The notes: generated from the sequence alone by a model not told the origin. DNA of 64,000 bases from Heptranchias perlo (GCF_035084215.1 NC_090364.1:8308001-8372000), one strand, 5' to 3'. Positions 1 to 14,240 are shown, counted from the stretch's first letter. Numbers and translations are program-made.

Positions 1-2689
1 TTTACTTGGTCTTATTAAATTAGAAACTTACAGCAATCCCTAGAGGCCCAAGTCTTTTGATGAGCATGTTAAAACAAGCTTCTATTCACATTTGCCATTT
101 TGAACACCATGCACTTCAGTTTTTTTATTCCTTCCCCCTTTGTCTACTTCCCATCATGTCGTGAAGAAATTGACTACTTGCTGGGGCATCTCATGCAAGT
201 GGCCGTTGTTTGTGAGAATCTAGACAGTGTGTAGACAGGCTAGTCAATGACAAGGGACAGCATACCCAAGCCCCAACCTTTGAGAGTTTAGCAGCAGGCA
301 TGATGTCACTTATCTGTGTGTTTGCCAGTATTAAGGGTCACGGATCCCTCATTTAATCCCTCAATTGCCCTCAGGGCAATAAATGCTGGCCTTGCCAATA
401 ACGCCCTCATCCCATGACCAAACAAAAAATTTAAACAGCAGTGAGCTTGCTCCTCCCAACAATGGAAAGCAGGGTTACCAGTTAACCACTCTGATGTGGA
501 TATATTTTATGTGCTGTATCAGACTCATTTCAGTGACACCCAAATTTAAAATAATTCAGAAACAAAGAAAACAACACAGCCCCCGATGGCTCAATGTCAC
601 GGTACTGAGTCATTCGCGATCACAAGGTCCCAAGTTCGATCTCCGATCTGAGCTGATCTAGCTGGGGCAGCAGAGAGAGCACCCGGACTAGGGATGGAGG
701 GGGGAAAAAAAATCAAGCCTGTTTCCAACTCTTGATCACTTTCCTGTGCCCAACGGAAAATGTGGCTGCGGCTGTGACACCCACCACAGTCAAATAGCCT
801 GCCAACACTCGCTGCCTTCACTTACACATGAAGGATGGCCTCAAGGGCAAAACATTGGATGGCTATCTTCAGAGGGAGAAAACCGGAAGCAAGAATGCCT
901 GGTAAGTGTCAGCCATATATACACACAAATCGACTTTTCCTGGTGTTTACATGAGGTGGTAGGGGATGGAAAACTGGTGTACTTGTTGTTAAAACGTTTA
1001 TACATCAGTCGATCTCCTGTGGCATTGCTCGTGGATTCACATGGATTAGGCGCTTACCTATGGCTGCTGGTGGCAGGCACTCAGCATATAGTGATTGGAA
1101 CTGAAGTCCTTGCTCTCTCTCAGCTTACTCCGTTCCTTTCTTTTCCCTCTGACCTAATTCCATGACCCGTGCTCTCCAGCTGAGTTTATAATTCCTTGTC
1201 TGCACTCTACAGCTGTGTCATGGCATGACTAGCTGCACCCTTGTATTTCTGGTTGCTATTCTGCTCTGCTTTGTTTCTTTTCCTCAACCAGATGTTTTAA
1301 GAAATAATTAAAAGGGGCAAAATTCAACTTTAATCTGTTCCTGATTTTCTTTCTAGTGAACTCTCAACTTCAATTATTTTTCTTCAAAATGGCAGGTACA
1401 TAATCCAACAAGGCAATTTGTGGGTATTTGACTGACCCAGTGTCACATGATTAGTAGAAGCCTATCACTAATGTGACAGGCTCACAACAGTATTAGGCAA
1501 GATTTTTAGACACAACCACAATCTACAAAAAGCATTCAGCAGAATAAATATGGGTTGGTACCCAGCCCAACATTTACAACTATCACCTAGCATGGTACAA
1601 ATGTTCCAATAAGATTCAAGCAACACTCCTGCACTGCCATCCCCAAAAAACAGAAAATAAGACAGTGCTTTGGACTACTCTGGCCCAATATACCATCTGC
1701 ATAGTTGCTGTAAGTTCCCTGAGACCTAGAAGGGAGATTGGGAGGTGCATGCAATCTTTTCAAATTTTCTTATCATCCCACCACACAGATTTTCTCCCTT
1801 AACCACATCTCTCCTGAAAGTGGTGGTTCATGTAGGGATAGAGAGGCAGTGGTATTCCTCCAGTTCGTTACTCTAATTGTAATTCATCACCGGTGAGCCT
1901 ACATTGTGAATTTCAAATTTGGGGGGGGGGGGGGGGGGGGGGGGAAAGAGTGGGAGAGAGAGTAAAGTGTTAATTAAAAGTCAAAATCCTGCTTTTACCC
2001 CATATCTACTCCAATCAGGGTCATGGCATAGCAATCAGGAGCAGGAATGGTAGATTTCCCCCCCCATGCTTGCCTAAGCAATGCCATGGACAACTATGCA
2101 GCTGCTGGTGATGCTGCAGGCAACAGAGGTACATGATCACTTGTCTACCTCTCCTTAAGAAACAGGGAAAAGGAAAGTCTTTGGAGGCTAGTCTGTTACC
2201 TCACTGCTTTTATCCTTTACCATTTTGTCAATAATTAAACTGATTTTGTGTCAAAATAAATCTTTGTAAAGCACTTCATCTAACCTGAAATCAGCAGCAA
2301 GCAAACCCTTCCTTTTTAAAAAAAATTCGTGAATGGGATGTGGGCGTCGCTGCCAAGGCCAGCATTTATTGCCCATCCCTAATTGCTCGAGAAGGTAGTG
2401 GTGAGCCGCCTTCTTAAACTCCTAACCATTGCCTATATGTCAAGTTGTAACCATTTCTCTTCCTTCCTACATACCCTTGTTCAACATCTTCACTGACTCA
2501 CTTTTCTTTTAAAAAAAACACTACCTCCTCCGTTTTCAAACACGGACACTTTGAGCTTCTTTAGTACCCTTGCCCACCTACTCCAATCAACACAGCTCCA
2601 ACCAACCTTTCCAGTCTAATCACTTCATTGGCCAAAATCCATTAACCTATTATTAATAGTACAGAAAAACTTCTCGTCAGACCAGTCAA

Positions 2690-4450
2690 ACACTCTTAAG
2701 CGAGTCTCATCCTTGGAGGTTGTTAAGAGTTTGTGGTCTGTAACATTTGTCTTATATGCAGTTCAAGGCAGTTTCCTAAAATGGGATCTATTGCTCCTAA
2801 GCAATTTCCTTGTCTCACCTCAGCTCGAGCCTTCTCTAACACAAGGATGCGAGCAGGGACGTGGGGTTGAAAAATTCTGCTTAGCCCGTGCAGGCACTCA
2901 AAGCTAAGGACTAGGATTTTGAAACTAATGGGCAGCAACACAGGAAGCCAAGCAAGAACCAGGGTAATGGGAGTGCGGGGGTTTGAATGGGTAGGAAAAA
3001 GTAAGGCAGTCTTGATGAGTTATGATTTATTGAGAGTGGAAGCTGGGTGGCCCTTTAGGAGAACGTTGCAGAAGCCACGACTCGACGCGACAAAGGCGGG
3101 GATTAAGAGTCTCGTCAGCAGTGGGGAAGAAGGAAGAACAGGTGTAGGTGATGTTTCAACGGTGCAGGGCAGCAGTGACGGAACCGAAACGGGGGGAAAA
3201 AAACTCAGCTCCAGAACAAGTAATATGTCACGGGTTTGTACAATCGGATTTTGCCTGAGAGCAATTAGGGAGGTTGAAATTAAGGGGAGAGACATGTAGG
3301 AGCTGATCGGCTTTTAAAAGTATGGCTTCAGTTTTGCTTACCTTGAGCTGAAAATTTTGATTCATCCAAGACTTGGAACAGGCAGTTCCCAAGTCTTGGA
3401 ATCAAGAGGTGGCAGAATAGTAAAGCTGGGTATTATCGGCATTTATATGGAACCTGACCTTGTGCATCCATTTGATGCCACTATAGGGGCAACATATAGA
3501 CAACGAAAAGGAAAGGACCAAGGATCAAACCATGGGTACACTACTTATGACCATGCAAGCGAGAATCCATTGAAATATTTAATATTGCCTTTGGTACAAG
3601 TATGAATGGAGCTAATGGTGAACAAGCTCATGATGTTAGGATGGTAAGAAGAAACATTGGAGGAGGCTAAAATGAGCAACAGTATCAAAGGCAGCGGAGA
3701 GCTCGCGGAGGATAATAGGATGAAAATAGCCATGGTGACTTTGACCACAGAAGTCTGTGTTTTGAGCAGGGAAGAAATTATACTGAAGAATCCCAAACAA
3801 GGAGCAATGGGAGGGGTGGGAATGTAGTTCCAAGGCAGCAATAGTTCTGGAAGGAAAGGGAAGATTTGAGATAGTGTAATAACAGGAGTGGATTAAGATT
3901 GGTTTTAACAAGTTGCTTCAAAGGAAGTAGAAATGTTGCCAGAGATAGGCTGATAATGTCACCAAGCAGAAGGCGAAGGAGGAAAGTTGGGCGGTAAGGA
4001 GTAGGGCGAGGTCATGACAGCGGGATTTTATGAATAAGGTGATAGCAATAGGAGAGAAGAGGAAAAAAACTATGGAAGCAGGATAGGGTGGAAGGATGGA
4101 TCGAGCATGGGGTTAGAATCGGGAAGGAGGTGCAGATGCACAACTATGAAAAGCCACAATTTTGGATATAAAGTCCACGACTTCTCATATTTAGAATGGG
4201 AAGAAAGGATAGCAGGAGCAGAGGGGGATCATGATGATGGGCTGGTAGTGGAGGATCTAAGCTTAGAATTGGTAGTGGAACGAGAAGGGACAGGATACAT
4301 CCTCAACAAGGAGGAAAGAGTTGCCATTAGCGATACAAGTTTCTGCAAGGCTGATAACATTGGCATATGTCTTTCCAACGACCTGGCCAATGTTGAAGGA
4401 CTTCATTAGCCAAGGAAGCACACATTTCAAGGATAATGCAAAGGAAGGGG
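2690..4450 (-). mobile_element. Old degraded L2-clade LINE
   Basis: RT remnant ILRELSAAFDTVAH (L2 LLDLSAAFDTVDH) near 3690. Many stops. Confidence 0.65.
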
Positions 4451-7185
4451 TGTCAATTTTGATTTGGCGGAGGGGAGAGAGATGGTAGAAGGAGACACAG
4501 GGGACACTGGATAGAAGAGGTAAAACCTGCAGTTTTCTCATCAAACCACTCATTGTCATTGGTGGAAGCCTAGAGATGTCTGTTTGTGCCAACTCAGCCA
4601 TAGCTCAATGTGAGCAGCACAGTTCGATGCAAGTATATGTTGTTTGGGGTAATACCACCAAACTGCATTCTAAGCATGGCTAACCAGTGCATTGTAGAAC
4701 CTTAACATAACTGTCCTGGCTATATAATCTGACATTTCTTTAAAGCTTTTAAAATTGCTTCACCACATTGTCTTGATATTGAAAGTGACGATCTACGGTT
4801 ACTCCCAGCTCCCTTTTTAACTCCGCAAGTGCTACTTCAACGTCATGCACTGTATACTTATGTCCCAGATTTTTTTCATCTATGTGGAATACTTCACATT
4901 TATCAGTAATAAATGTAGTGTGCTCAGTTCAATAGCCAATCTTTGCAATTTTTATGCCGCATCCTTCGTCTTCACTCCTCTAACTTTGTGTCATCAGTAA
5001 ACTTAAACAGCTTATCACAAAGCAACCCCTCCAAATACGCCCATTCCACAGGAAAAGTGCCTAACCTTGGCTCAAGACATCCCCCAACAGGTCTGCTCAG
5101 AGGGCACTCATTGTGTGGGGAAATCGCAGGCCCAAACGCCTAAGCAGCTTAGGCAACGCACATACTTTATAGTTAACAATTCTGGCACAGTGCCATACAA
5201 CAGCAGTGCACTGTGCCAAGAATGTTCTACTTTAGATATAGTGGATGCTGCAAGCGCATGATTCCATATTGTTACCAAGGTAATTTTTTGTAATGTTTTA
5301 CAAACAAACAAGGAAAAAAAAAGATTTGTTCAGGTAAGAGTGTTTGAGGAACCAGCTGGTCAGCGTGTGAAGCAGGTAAGGAAATATTTACTTCAGCTTG
5401 TTTTCTCTCCTGGTCTCCTGTAAGTGCTGACTCTTGATGGAATATAGTCACCCTCTGGTATCTTGCCCAAGTGGCCATTCTTCATGCACAAGCCAAGGCA
5501 GTGAGTGCCAGTGGGTTATTCAACCACATTGAATCACAAACTCATCCAATGCCCGTACATGTGCACCTTCTGACCAGAATCACTGGACAGCAATGAGGAG
5601 TAAGAATCCAAACTGATTTGCCCCTCTCTTGCTGCAATGGCACTGAAGCCAATTATACCACAAGTACTGCCACAAATTCTGAGATCAGATAACTCAGCAT
5701 AGATTGGGAGTCAAACCTGGGATCTTTTAGTCTGCATGAATCAGTTAAAAAGTGCCATCAACTGAGCCATCGTGAGAGCAGAGTTTTAAGAGTACATTTT
5801 AAAAAATTTGTTCATGGGATGTGGGCATCGCTGGCAAGGCCAGCATTTATTGCCCATCCCTAATTGCCCTTGAGAAGGTGGTGGTGAGCCGCCTTCTCGA
5901 ACCGCTGCAGTCCGTGCTGTGAAGGTTCTCCCACAGTGCTGTTAGGAAGGGAGTTCCAGGATTTTGACCCAGCGACGATGAAGGAACGGCGATATATTTC
6001 CAAATCAGGATGGTGTGTGACTTGGTGCTCCATCCTTCAAAGCTGCACACCTAATTATCCTCCAACAATTCCCTCTAGCTGGCCACCTCCTACATCAGCT
6101 GAGATGGGATGTAACTAAAGCTTCATAACAGAGGATTTGGCAGTGCAGTGTACCACCGAACTGCCATGGAGTGTTTGGGCACAGGTCCATATCTGCAATT
6201 GTTCGGCTCCTGGCTGGGCTGCCACAAAGTGGCAGAATTAAAAACAAGTCACTTCTTCATGGGGAAAACGTTTTTTTTTAAAAAAAGGGAAACAATGAAG
6301 TAAGGGAAGTCTGGAAGATTTCTTTTTACACACAAAGGGTAAGAGAGTTGTGGAATAAGTTACCAAAGAAATCCATTGAAACAGTATAAACAGGTTCAAA
6401 ACATTCATTGAGCAGGGATTACGTGATATGATAAGACAAGTGGTAGGTGGGGTTGACATCTTTCCAAATGGGGTGGCCTTAGTGGGTCTAATCTTCTCTT
6501 CCTAAAAGTTGTTGGGAGATTACACTACACGCTTGTTATACACAGCACTGGGCAGTCACTCTCCTAAGGTACGCAGGCTGGGAGACCAAAGAAAGGGGGG
6601 GGGGGGGGGGCGGGAGGAGCTTAATCAACACACATGCCGTACATTTCAGATTACTACTGAGTTATTTTTATTTCGTCCCCACAAGATTTCAGATCACAGA
6701 AATTCCTTCTTCAGCTGGGCAACAGAATGATATTGTTACAGGAGGTATAACCAGATCACTGTCAATTAGTCAAACTGCAACAACACGTTTTACCACTTCT
6801 CTCACGAGATAAAAGGGAGCCACTACACATGAAGAAAACTGGGGGATGGTAAACCCTTGTGCAATATTTCCACCTCTCTCCAGAGGGCACAGAAGCACAG
6901 TAGGTTAAGATTTCACATCGACAGGGAGCCCTCCAGTAACTCAGCTAAGTGTTAATTCTTTGTATGTTTACCTGCTCAAAGTGTCGACACGCTATCCAAC
7001 TGCATAAGGCATCACAGCCAAACTTAATCCTGTCCTCCCGACATCCACATGTGCACTTAGCCCAGCGATCATCATCGGGAATCCTCGCTGATCTTACCTG
7101 TCTCAAGCTTGGCAGTCAAATGCAGCACCCTCAAATAATACTGATATCAGCAGAAGGCTGGCATCCTGAATGTCACAATGTCAAG

Positions 7186-7357
7186 GACCAGGCTTTGCTG
7201 AATAATGCTGTGCAGATTCTGAATACATGGAACAAGGATGGTCGAGATCTTGATCCAGAAGCATTCCAACGACTGATAACCACAGCACGTTCCATTGCAA
7301 TGATGCGACCCAACAACCTTGTGCACTGAAGTGTGAAAGCACCACAATCTGATAAAG
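7186..7357 (+). pseudogene. UBR4: Isolated UBR4-derived exon fragment
   Basis: [53 protein letters not shown] versus remembered human UBR4 [55 protein letters not shown]. In-frame TGA at 7327. Ends at AG|gtgagc. Confidence 0.85.
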
Positions 7358-7483
7358 GTGAGCCTGAACACGTGGGTGAGCAAATGCAGAAAATACTGGA
7401 AATATTGGGGGAACTGGGGGAGGGCACCGGTAAGGGCACCAATAAGTGGGGGCAGCCACCAATAAATGGGGGAGGGCACCAGT

Positions 7484-9101
7484 AAGAAAGGAGGAAGAGA
7501 GAAAACAGGGAACTACAGGCCAGTTAGCCCGACATCAGTTGTCAGGAAAATGCTGGAATTCATTATTAAGGAAGTGGTAACAGGGCACTTAGAAAAACAT
7601 AATATGATTAGGCAGAATCAACATGGTTTTATGAAAGGGAAAACGTGTTTGACAAATCTATTAGAGTTGTTTGAGGATGTAACTAGCAGGGTAGATAAAG
7701 GGGAACCAGTGGATGTAGTATATTTGGATTTTCAAAAGGCATTCGACAAGGTGCCGCACAAAAGGTTGTTACACAAGATTAGGGCTCGTGGAGTTGGGGG
7801 TAATATATTAGTATGGACAGAGGATTGGTTAACAGACAGAAAAGAGAGAGTAGGAATAAACTGGCCATTTTCAACTTGGCAGGCTGTAACTAGTGGGGTG
7901 CTGCAAAGATCAGTGCTTGGGCCTCAGCTATTTACAATCTATATTAACGACGTAGATGAAGGGACCGAGTGTAACGTTTCCAAGTTTGCTGACGATACAA
8001 AACTAGGTGGGAAAGTAAGCTGTGAGGAGGACACAAAGAGTCTGCAAAACTGCCTGAAAGGGTGATGAAAGCAGATTCAATCATGGCTTTCAAAAAAGAA
8101 TTGGATAAATACTTGGAAGGGAAAAAAGTTGCAGAGCCATGGGAAAAGAGCGGGGGAATGGGACGAACTGGGTTGGCCTTACAAAGTGCCAGCACAGGCT
8201 CGATGGGCCGAATGGCCTCCTTCTGTGCTGTAACCATTCTATGATTCTATATAGACAGGTTAAGTGAGTGGGCAAGAAGGTGGCAAATGGAGTGCAATAT
8301 GGGGAAATGTGAGGTTATTCACTTTGGTAGGATGAATAGAGGAACAGAATATTTTTTAAAATGGTAAGAAACTATTAAATGTTGGTGTTCAGGGAGATTT
8401 GGGTGTCCTTGTCCACGAAACACAAAGTTAACATGCAGGTACAGCAAGCAATTAGGAAAGCAAATGGTAAATTGGCCTTTATTGCAGGGGGTTGAAGTAC
8501 AAGAGTAAGGAAGTCTTACTACAATTGTACAGAGCTTTGGTGAGATCTCACCTGGAGTACTGTGTTTTGGTCTCCTTACCTAAGGAAGGATATATTTGCC
8601 ATAGAGGGGGTGCAATGAAGGTTCACTAGATTGATTCCAGGGATGACAGGGTTGTCCTATGAGGAGAGGTTGAGTAGAATGGGCCTATATTCTCTGGAGT
8701 TTAGAAGAATGAGAGGTGATCTCATTGAAACATATAAGATTCTGAGGGTGGTTGACAGGGTAGAGGCTGAGAGATTGTTTCCCCTGGCTGGAGTGTCGAG
8801 AACTAGGGGCATAGTCTCAGGATAAAAGATAGATGATTTAGGACTCAGATGAGGAGGAACTTCTTCATTCAGAGGGTTGTGAATCTTTGGAATTCTCTAC
8901 CCCAGAGGGCTGTGGATGCTAAGCCGTTGAATAGATAGATTCAAGAATGAGATCAATTGATTTTGGACTCTAACGGAATTAATGGATATGGGGATCGGGC
9001 AGGAAAGTGGTTCCGGTTGAAGATCAGCCATGACATTAAATGGCAGAGCAAGTTCGAGGGGCTGTACAGCCTACAGCCTACTCCTGCTCTTATTTCTTAT
9101 G
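7484..9101 (+). mobile_element. 5'-truncated CR1 LINE (reverse transcriptase plus 3'UTR) with a nested CR1 3' end at ~8049-8249
   Basis: GNYRPVS, QHGFMKGKTCLTNL, YLDFQKAFDKVPH and KFADDTKL motifs. Frameshifted downstream. Tail tatttcttatgtt. Confidence 0.95.
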
Positions 9102-12100
9102 TTAAACGTGGCGACTGGTTGAGGGTGGGGGGGGGGGGGGAGGTGCTGAGGCGTAGTGGATGAAGAAGAAAGGAATAGAAGGATATGCTGATAGCGTTAG
9201 AAGTAAATAAAATGGGAAGAAGCTTGTGTGGAGCATAAACACCAGCATAGGCCAGTTGGGCCGAACGGCCCGTTTCTGTCCTGTAAATTCTATGCATGTC
9301 TATGTACCTGTTACCTAGATGATCAGGCTGACACAGGAATTCCAGTTGTGCAGTGGGACCATGAGGGCATCACTATAATCAGCAGGGAGGAGGAGGAGGA
9401 GGAATCTACACAATTATCCAACGATTATATATATCAGCTATAAAATCTCTTTCCTTAGTAAATGAGACCATTCCAATTCAGAATATAGAACACACAACAA
9501 AATGTATAAAATTTTCCATGAAATATTGTGTTATTCTGTGTGACATTGCCGTGGTAATTAAAATCAGAATTATGGATGAATGAATGCAGCTCCCACTGTT
9601 AATTCCTGCAACAGTCAGAGATTCCAAAATATTGGGCATGGGCGTTAGGAAAGCTCTCTTCAATTTAATAGCAAAGCTGCAAAGTTAAACTCCAAAAGCT
9701 ACACTCAGGCCTAACTGTACTTTTAATTGGCCCAGCTTTTCCATTACCCACCGTGCACAAATCACACCTTTGCTTCACCACAACCTCACTTCCCTCGCCC
9801 CCTCCCCGGTCAATGCAGATATACCCGTGAAGTTTCCTTGGCCGCATCAACAAAGCGCCAGAGCTGAAGACACAGCTTAGTTATTTGTATTAAATAGTTC
9901 GCACTTCCTGATTAAATATACTCAGCGTCATGAATAGGCACGCAACTACATGACTCTCCAAGAATGTCATCTCATTTGGATTATACTTTTCAAGCAACAC
10001 GTGGAATATTTTTCCACCTGATGACTCAACTAACTGATAAGGACTTTATCTTTCAAGTAGCCAAGTCAACATATGCATCACAAATCACCAACACATTCTG
10101 TACCATAACTGAAACTGTATCAGTGCAAACAAGACAGACAGACTTACATTTATGTAGCACGGATCAAATCTCTCAAATTTCTCAAAGCTTCACGTCGAGC
10201 AAACTGCTTTAAGGTGCAGTGACTACTCTTACTTAAGCAAACTCGGCAGCCATTCTGTGCCAGCAACACCCCATCAACAGCCTCAAAATAAATGACCAGT
10301 TAATTTGTATTTTGTGGTATTGATTGAGCAAGCACACAGAGAATTCTTCTTCAAAACTGCCATGCGATCTTTAACATCGACTGGAATAAAGAGAAAGAAC
10401 TGCAGTTTGAAGTCTTATCTAAAGGACAACTCTGACAATGCAGCACTCCCTCGGTACTGCACTTGCGTGCCAGCCTAGTTCAGGAATGTCCAAGTTTTTG
10501 TCTTTTTTGATATGTACCAAGAAGCCTCAGGCCATATATAAAGTTAAAATAAATACTCCCATTAATTTGTATATATCTACACCTGTTGATACTAAATGAT
10601 CTTGACGTTCTGACCTAGAGTCTATGCATTAATTTTTAGAGCCGCCTGCTTTTACTGCAAAGTGTTCATCAAATGTAACTTTTTGCTGCAGAGCATGACA
10701 CAATAATATGTGTAGTGAGACACCAAACAATTTTGAAGTGCTTCAAATAATCTGTCATATTACATCACTTACAATCCAAAGGACCTGCATCACTCCAAAG
10801 CTTTATCACTGTGTACATTTAATATTTCGTACGTATTTTTCCAAATTTCTCCGTTTTCGTACTACCCCCCTCCCTTTTCTCAGTAATTTTGACCCGTCTT
10901 CCCAGATATTGAATCCTTGCAGAGATACAGTCCCATGGACCTTAGTGCCCTCCAATACCTCACCCAAGTAACCGTTATTCATTTTCATGCCAAGAAAGTG
11001 AGCGTCAAGCGATTCATCCGAGACGGAATGTAGCACCCTTCCCGCTGCCCTACCTGAGATCAGCTGACTCAGCAGAGACTGGGAATCGAACCTCAGATCT
11101 TCCTGATATGTGTGATTCAGCTACCTCACTGGATAAATGCACTGAGACCTCAGGAGTCCTTTTCCCTCCTGAAGGAGGTGATGCTGCAGAGATATCAATG
11201 GGTGCAGCCACCCCTGTGCTATCTTGTCCAAGAGAGACTGTTGGGGTCACGACACAGCTAAGTCTGAATCTATTCCCATGTATAAACATGCAGTTTCCAG
11301 CAGAAGTCACTGGATAGTGGTTAGAAAAGGCAACAGAAAACATATACTTGCAATGGCATGCAACCAAATCCCTTTCCCCCCACACTACTGACAACATTTG
11401 AAATAAAACAGCTTCTATTCCATTAAACAGAGCCCAGCAACCAAAAATAGTTACACTTTAAAGCCTATGTACTTTTAAATTACTTTAGTTATAAAAAGGC
11501 TGTGAACTGTCTCTTCAGTGGCACAGCAGATTGACAAATTATTGAAAAGTTTACAACAGATCCAAAGGAAAACTTTACTCATTGATAATGTTTGGAATAA
11601 TCTGATCAAGGCAAGAGAGACAAAAACACTGAGGTTGTTCAAGATGCAACTGGGTTTCAGGACAGAAGAGCTAATGTACTAGAGGGGATGTTTTCCTATC
11701 CCATCAATGTTTCACCTCCCCCCATCTCCTCTGAACAGACAAACTCCTGCTGAGGTACAGTTCCACATCCTCTGCTACCTCACCCAACTGTTATTCTTTA
11801 TGTATAAGCCTAGACACTCACTGGCAGGTACTTAACTATGGATGGTATCACAGCTGAGCCTGATCCCATTCTCAAACAAAAATAAAATTGGCTGTATGGA
11901 TGTTAAGTACAGGACCACTGGACAGCGATCAAGAACCCTGTTATTGATTTTTTTTTGGGGGGGGGGGGGCTAATTTCCAACCCCCCCCCCCCTCCCTCCA
12001 AATCTGTAGCACTCCTAGCACTGACCTAGCTGAGACCAACTGACCTCTGAACAGACTGGGGATCGAGCCAACAACAGACACCTGAATTTACATGGTGCAT

Positions 12101-12406
12101 TTATTCCCTTGAATTACTTTTGGAGTACAATTACTTTTATTACATAGGGAAGGCCCCAGCTTTGCCAATCTTTATGGCTCAGCAACTGACTGAACCATCG
12201 TGTTCTGTTCTTGTTTTACAATTGTTTTTATATAAATAGGCCTCCCCCAGTCTGTACTTTTAACAGTTAATACTGCAACAGGAACACACACACACACACA
12301 GTTGAGTCAGAAAGTGAATGTAAAAGTATTCACAGCCTGAGGAGACAGTGGAGGGGCTTTCATATAAATGAAGTGACATATAACAAGTTGAGAGGAAGAG
12401 ACTTAC

Positions 12407-12990
12407 TTTTAATCAGTGAGTGGGTAATCCCCACCGCCAGACGGTAATGAACGTGGTTCTTGTTGAATGGAGATGGTGAAACGCGAAGCAACCTGCCGCT
12501 GAGAAGCTGCATTGGGCGCCAATCTCAGCAACCCGTCCCGCCCGGCTTGCCCCTCTCCTGCCCCGGCTACTCTCTCCGAGAAAGCCCGGGGATTGACCTG
12601 TTTCCGCTAGGCCTCGACAGACACAGAGAGAGAGAGAGAGGGGGGGGGGGGGGGGGGAGGGAGAGCGGCTCAAGTTTTGTGTGAAGAAGAAGGACAAAAA
12701 AAAAAGGAGTTAAGGGGGTGGTGGGGGGGGGGGGGGGAGGGAAAGAAAAGTGCGAGGGAAGGCGGCGGGGAGCTCGAGTTGGAAGAGGCGGCACAAAGCG
12801 TCTGCCCTTCCCTGCGCCGCGCCCCGGGCCCGTGTCCGCCTCTCGCTCTCTCCGTTGCTATTTACTATCGCTCACTCGCTCTGGCTCCCTCCACACAACA
12901 TGTCCGCCCGGCTCGGTCCTCCTGCATCCCACAGTGCACCGCACCGCCAGAAGGGCGAGAGTGGTGGGTGGGGGGGGGGAGAGGGCGGAC
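12407..12990 (-). promoter_or_regulatory. CpG island and non-coding first exon of a leftward gene, probably PPP6R1 (synteny only)
   Basis: Strong CpG island with donor AAA|gtaagt (GT at 12406-12405). In human, PPP6R1 lies directly downstream of HSPBP1 on the same strand and has a non-coding exon 1. No coding exon found in 1-12400. Confidence 0.6.
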
Positions 12991-13059
12991 CATCCTGCGC
13001 CTCTGTACCCTTGTTAGCAATATTATTGCTTCACACTAATCTTATAATATTTATATATT

Positions 13060-13450
13060 TATAAAATCTCTGGTCGGGCCTCAGCTGGAGTATTGTGTCC
13101 AATTGTGGGCCCCGCACTTTAGGAAGGATGTCAAGGCCTGGGAGAGGGTGCAGAGGGAGATTTACTGGAATGGTGCCAGGGATGAGGGGCTTCAGTTATG
13201 TGGAGAGACTGGGATTGTTCTCCTCAGAGCAGAGAAGGTTAAGGGGAGATTTAATTAGAGGTGTTCACAATTATAAAGGGTTTTGATTGAGTAAATAAGG
13301 AGAAACTTTTTTATACTGGCAGGAGGGTCGGTAACCAGGTAATTGGCAAAAGAACCAGAGGGGAGATGAGATTTTTTTTTTCTAAGCAGAGTAGTTGTGA
13401 TCTGGAATGTGCTGCGTGAAAGGGTGATGGAAGCAGATTCGATCGTATCC
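13060..13450 (+). mobile_element. CR1 LINE fragment
   Basis: [33 protein letters not shown]. Confidence 0.85.
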
Positions 13451-13574
13451 ATCCAACATCTGTGCACGCCATTCTCCTCGCAGCGATCAGGAAAGTAAAA
13501 CTTTGGGTTTTTTCTTCACTCCATAGCCTGGGTCTAGAGGAGCTGTAAATGGCGACAGCAGTGCTCTAGACCCA

Positions 13575-13890
13575 GCTTTTGTTTCCTAACCTGTCCCATT
13601 ACCACCTTCCTTGCCTTGCGCCATCGTCCCTTTTGTCATTTAATCACTCCTGCCCTCCACCCGATCAAAGTCCTTCCCTTTTGTTCTTTCCTCCCCTCCC
13701 TCCCCCTTTCCCTGGCTCTGTACTTGCTTAAAAACTGTTAACTCTTAAACTTCTTCCAGTTTTGATGAAAGGTCTTCGACCTGAAACATTAACTCTGTTT
13801 CTTTCCCCACAGATGCTGCCTGACTTGCTGAGTCTTTCCAGCATTTTGTGTTTTTATTTCAGATTTCCAGCATTGGCAGTATTTTGCTTC
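13575..13890 (+). mobile_element. Penelope-like element terminal-repeat fragment
   Basis: tttgatgaaaggtcttcgacctgaaac...cagatgctgcctgacttgctgag. Inverted partner at 14112-14240. Other copies at ~26300-26410, 26645-26780, 54460-54550 and 62480-62590. Confidence 0.65.
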
Positions 13891-14204
13891 TAATCTAGGC
13901 TGACACTTCAGTGCAGTACAGAGGAAGTGATGCATTGCAGACCTGCTATCTCCCAAATGAGACGTTAAACTTTGTATGCCTGTTCAAGTCAATGTAAAAG
14001 ATTTCATGGCACTATTTGAAGAAGAGCAGTGAGTTCTCCTGATGTCCTGGCCAACATTCCTCCCTCAAACACCAATGCCAAAAAACAGATTAACAGAGCA
14101 TTCATCTCATAAGCAAAATACTGCAGATGCTGAAAATCTGAAATAAAAACAGCAAATGCTGGAAAAGCTCACCAAGTGAGGCAGCATCTGTGGAGAAAGA
14201 AACG

Positions 14205-14240
14205 GTTAACATTTCAGGTTTAAGACCTTTCGTCAGAACT
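14205..14240 (-). ncRNA. Minimal hammerhead ribozyme motif (Penelope-associated)
   Basis: agtt-CTGACGA-a-aggt-cttaa-acct-GAAA-tgtt-aac. Confidence 0.55.

Noticed and set aside
7466-8065. Intact or domesticated reverse transcriptase gene
   Set aside because: 5'-truncated CR1 piece broken by a nested insertion and frameshifts.
1-12400. PPP6R1 coding exons
   Set aside because: I found no MFWKFDL-type start exon or SAPS-domain sequence, so the gene symbol is withheld.
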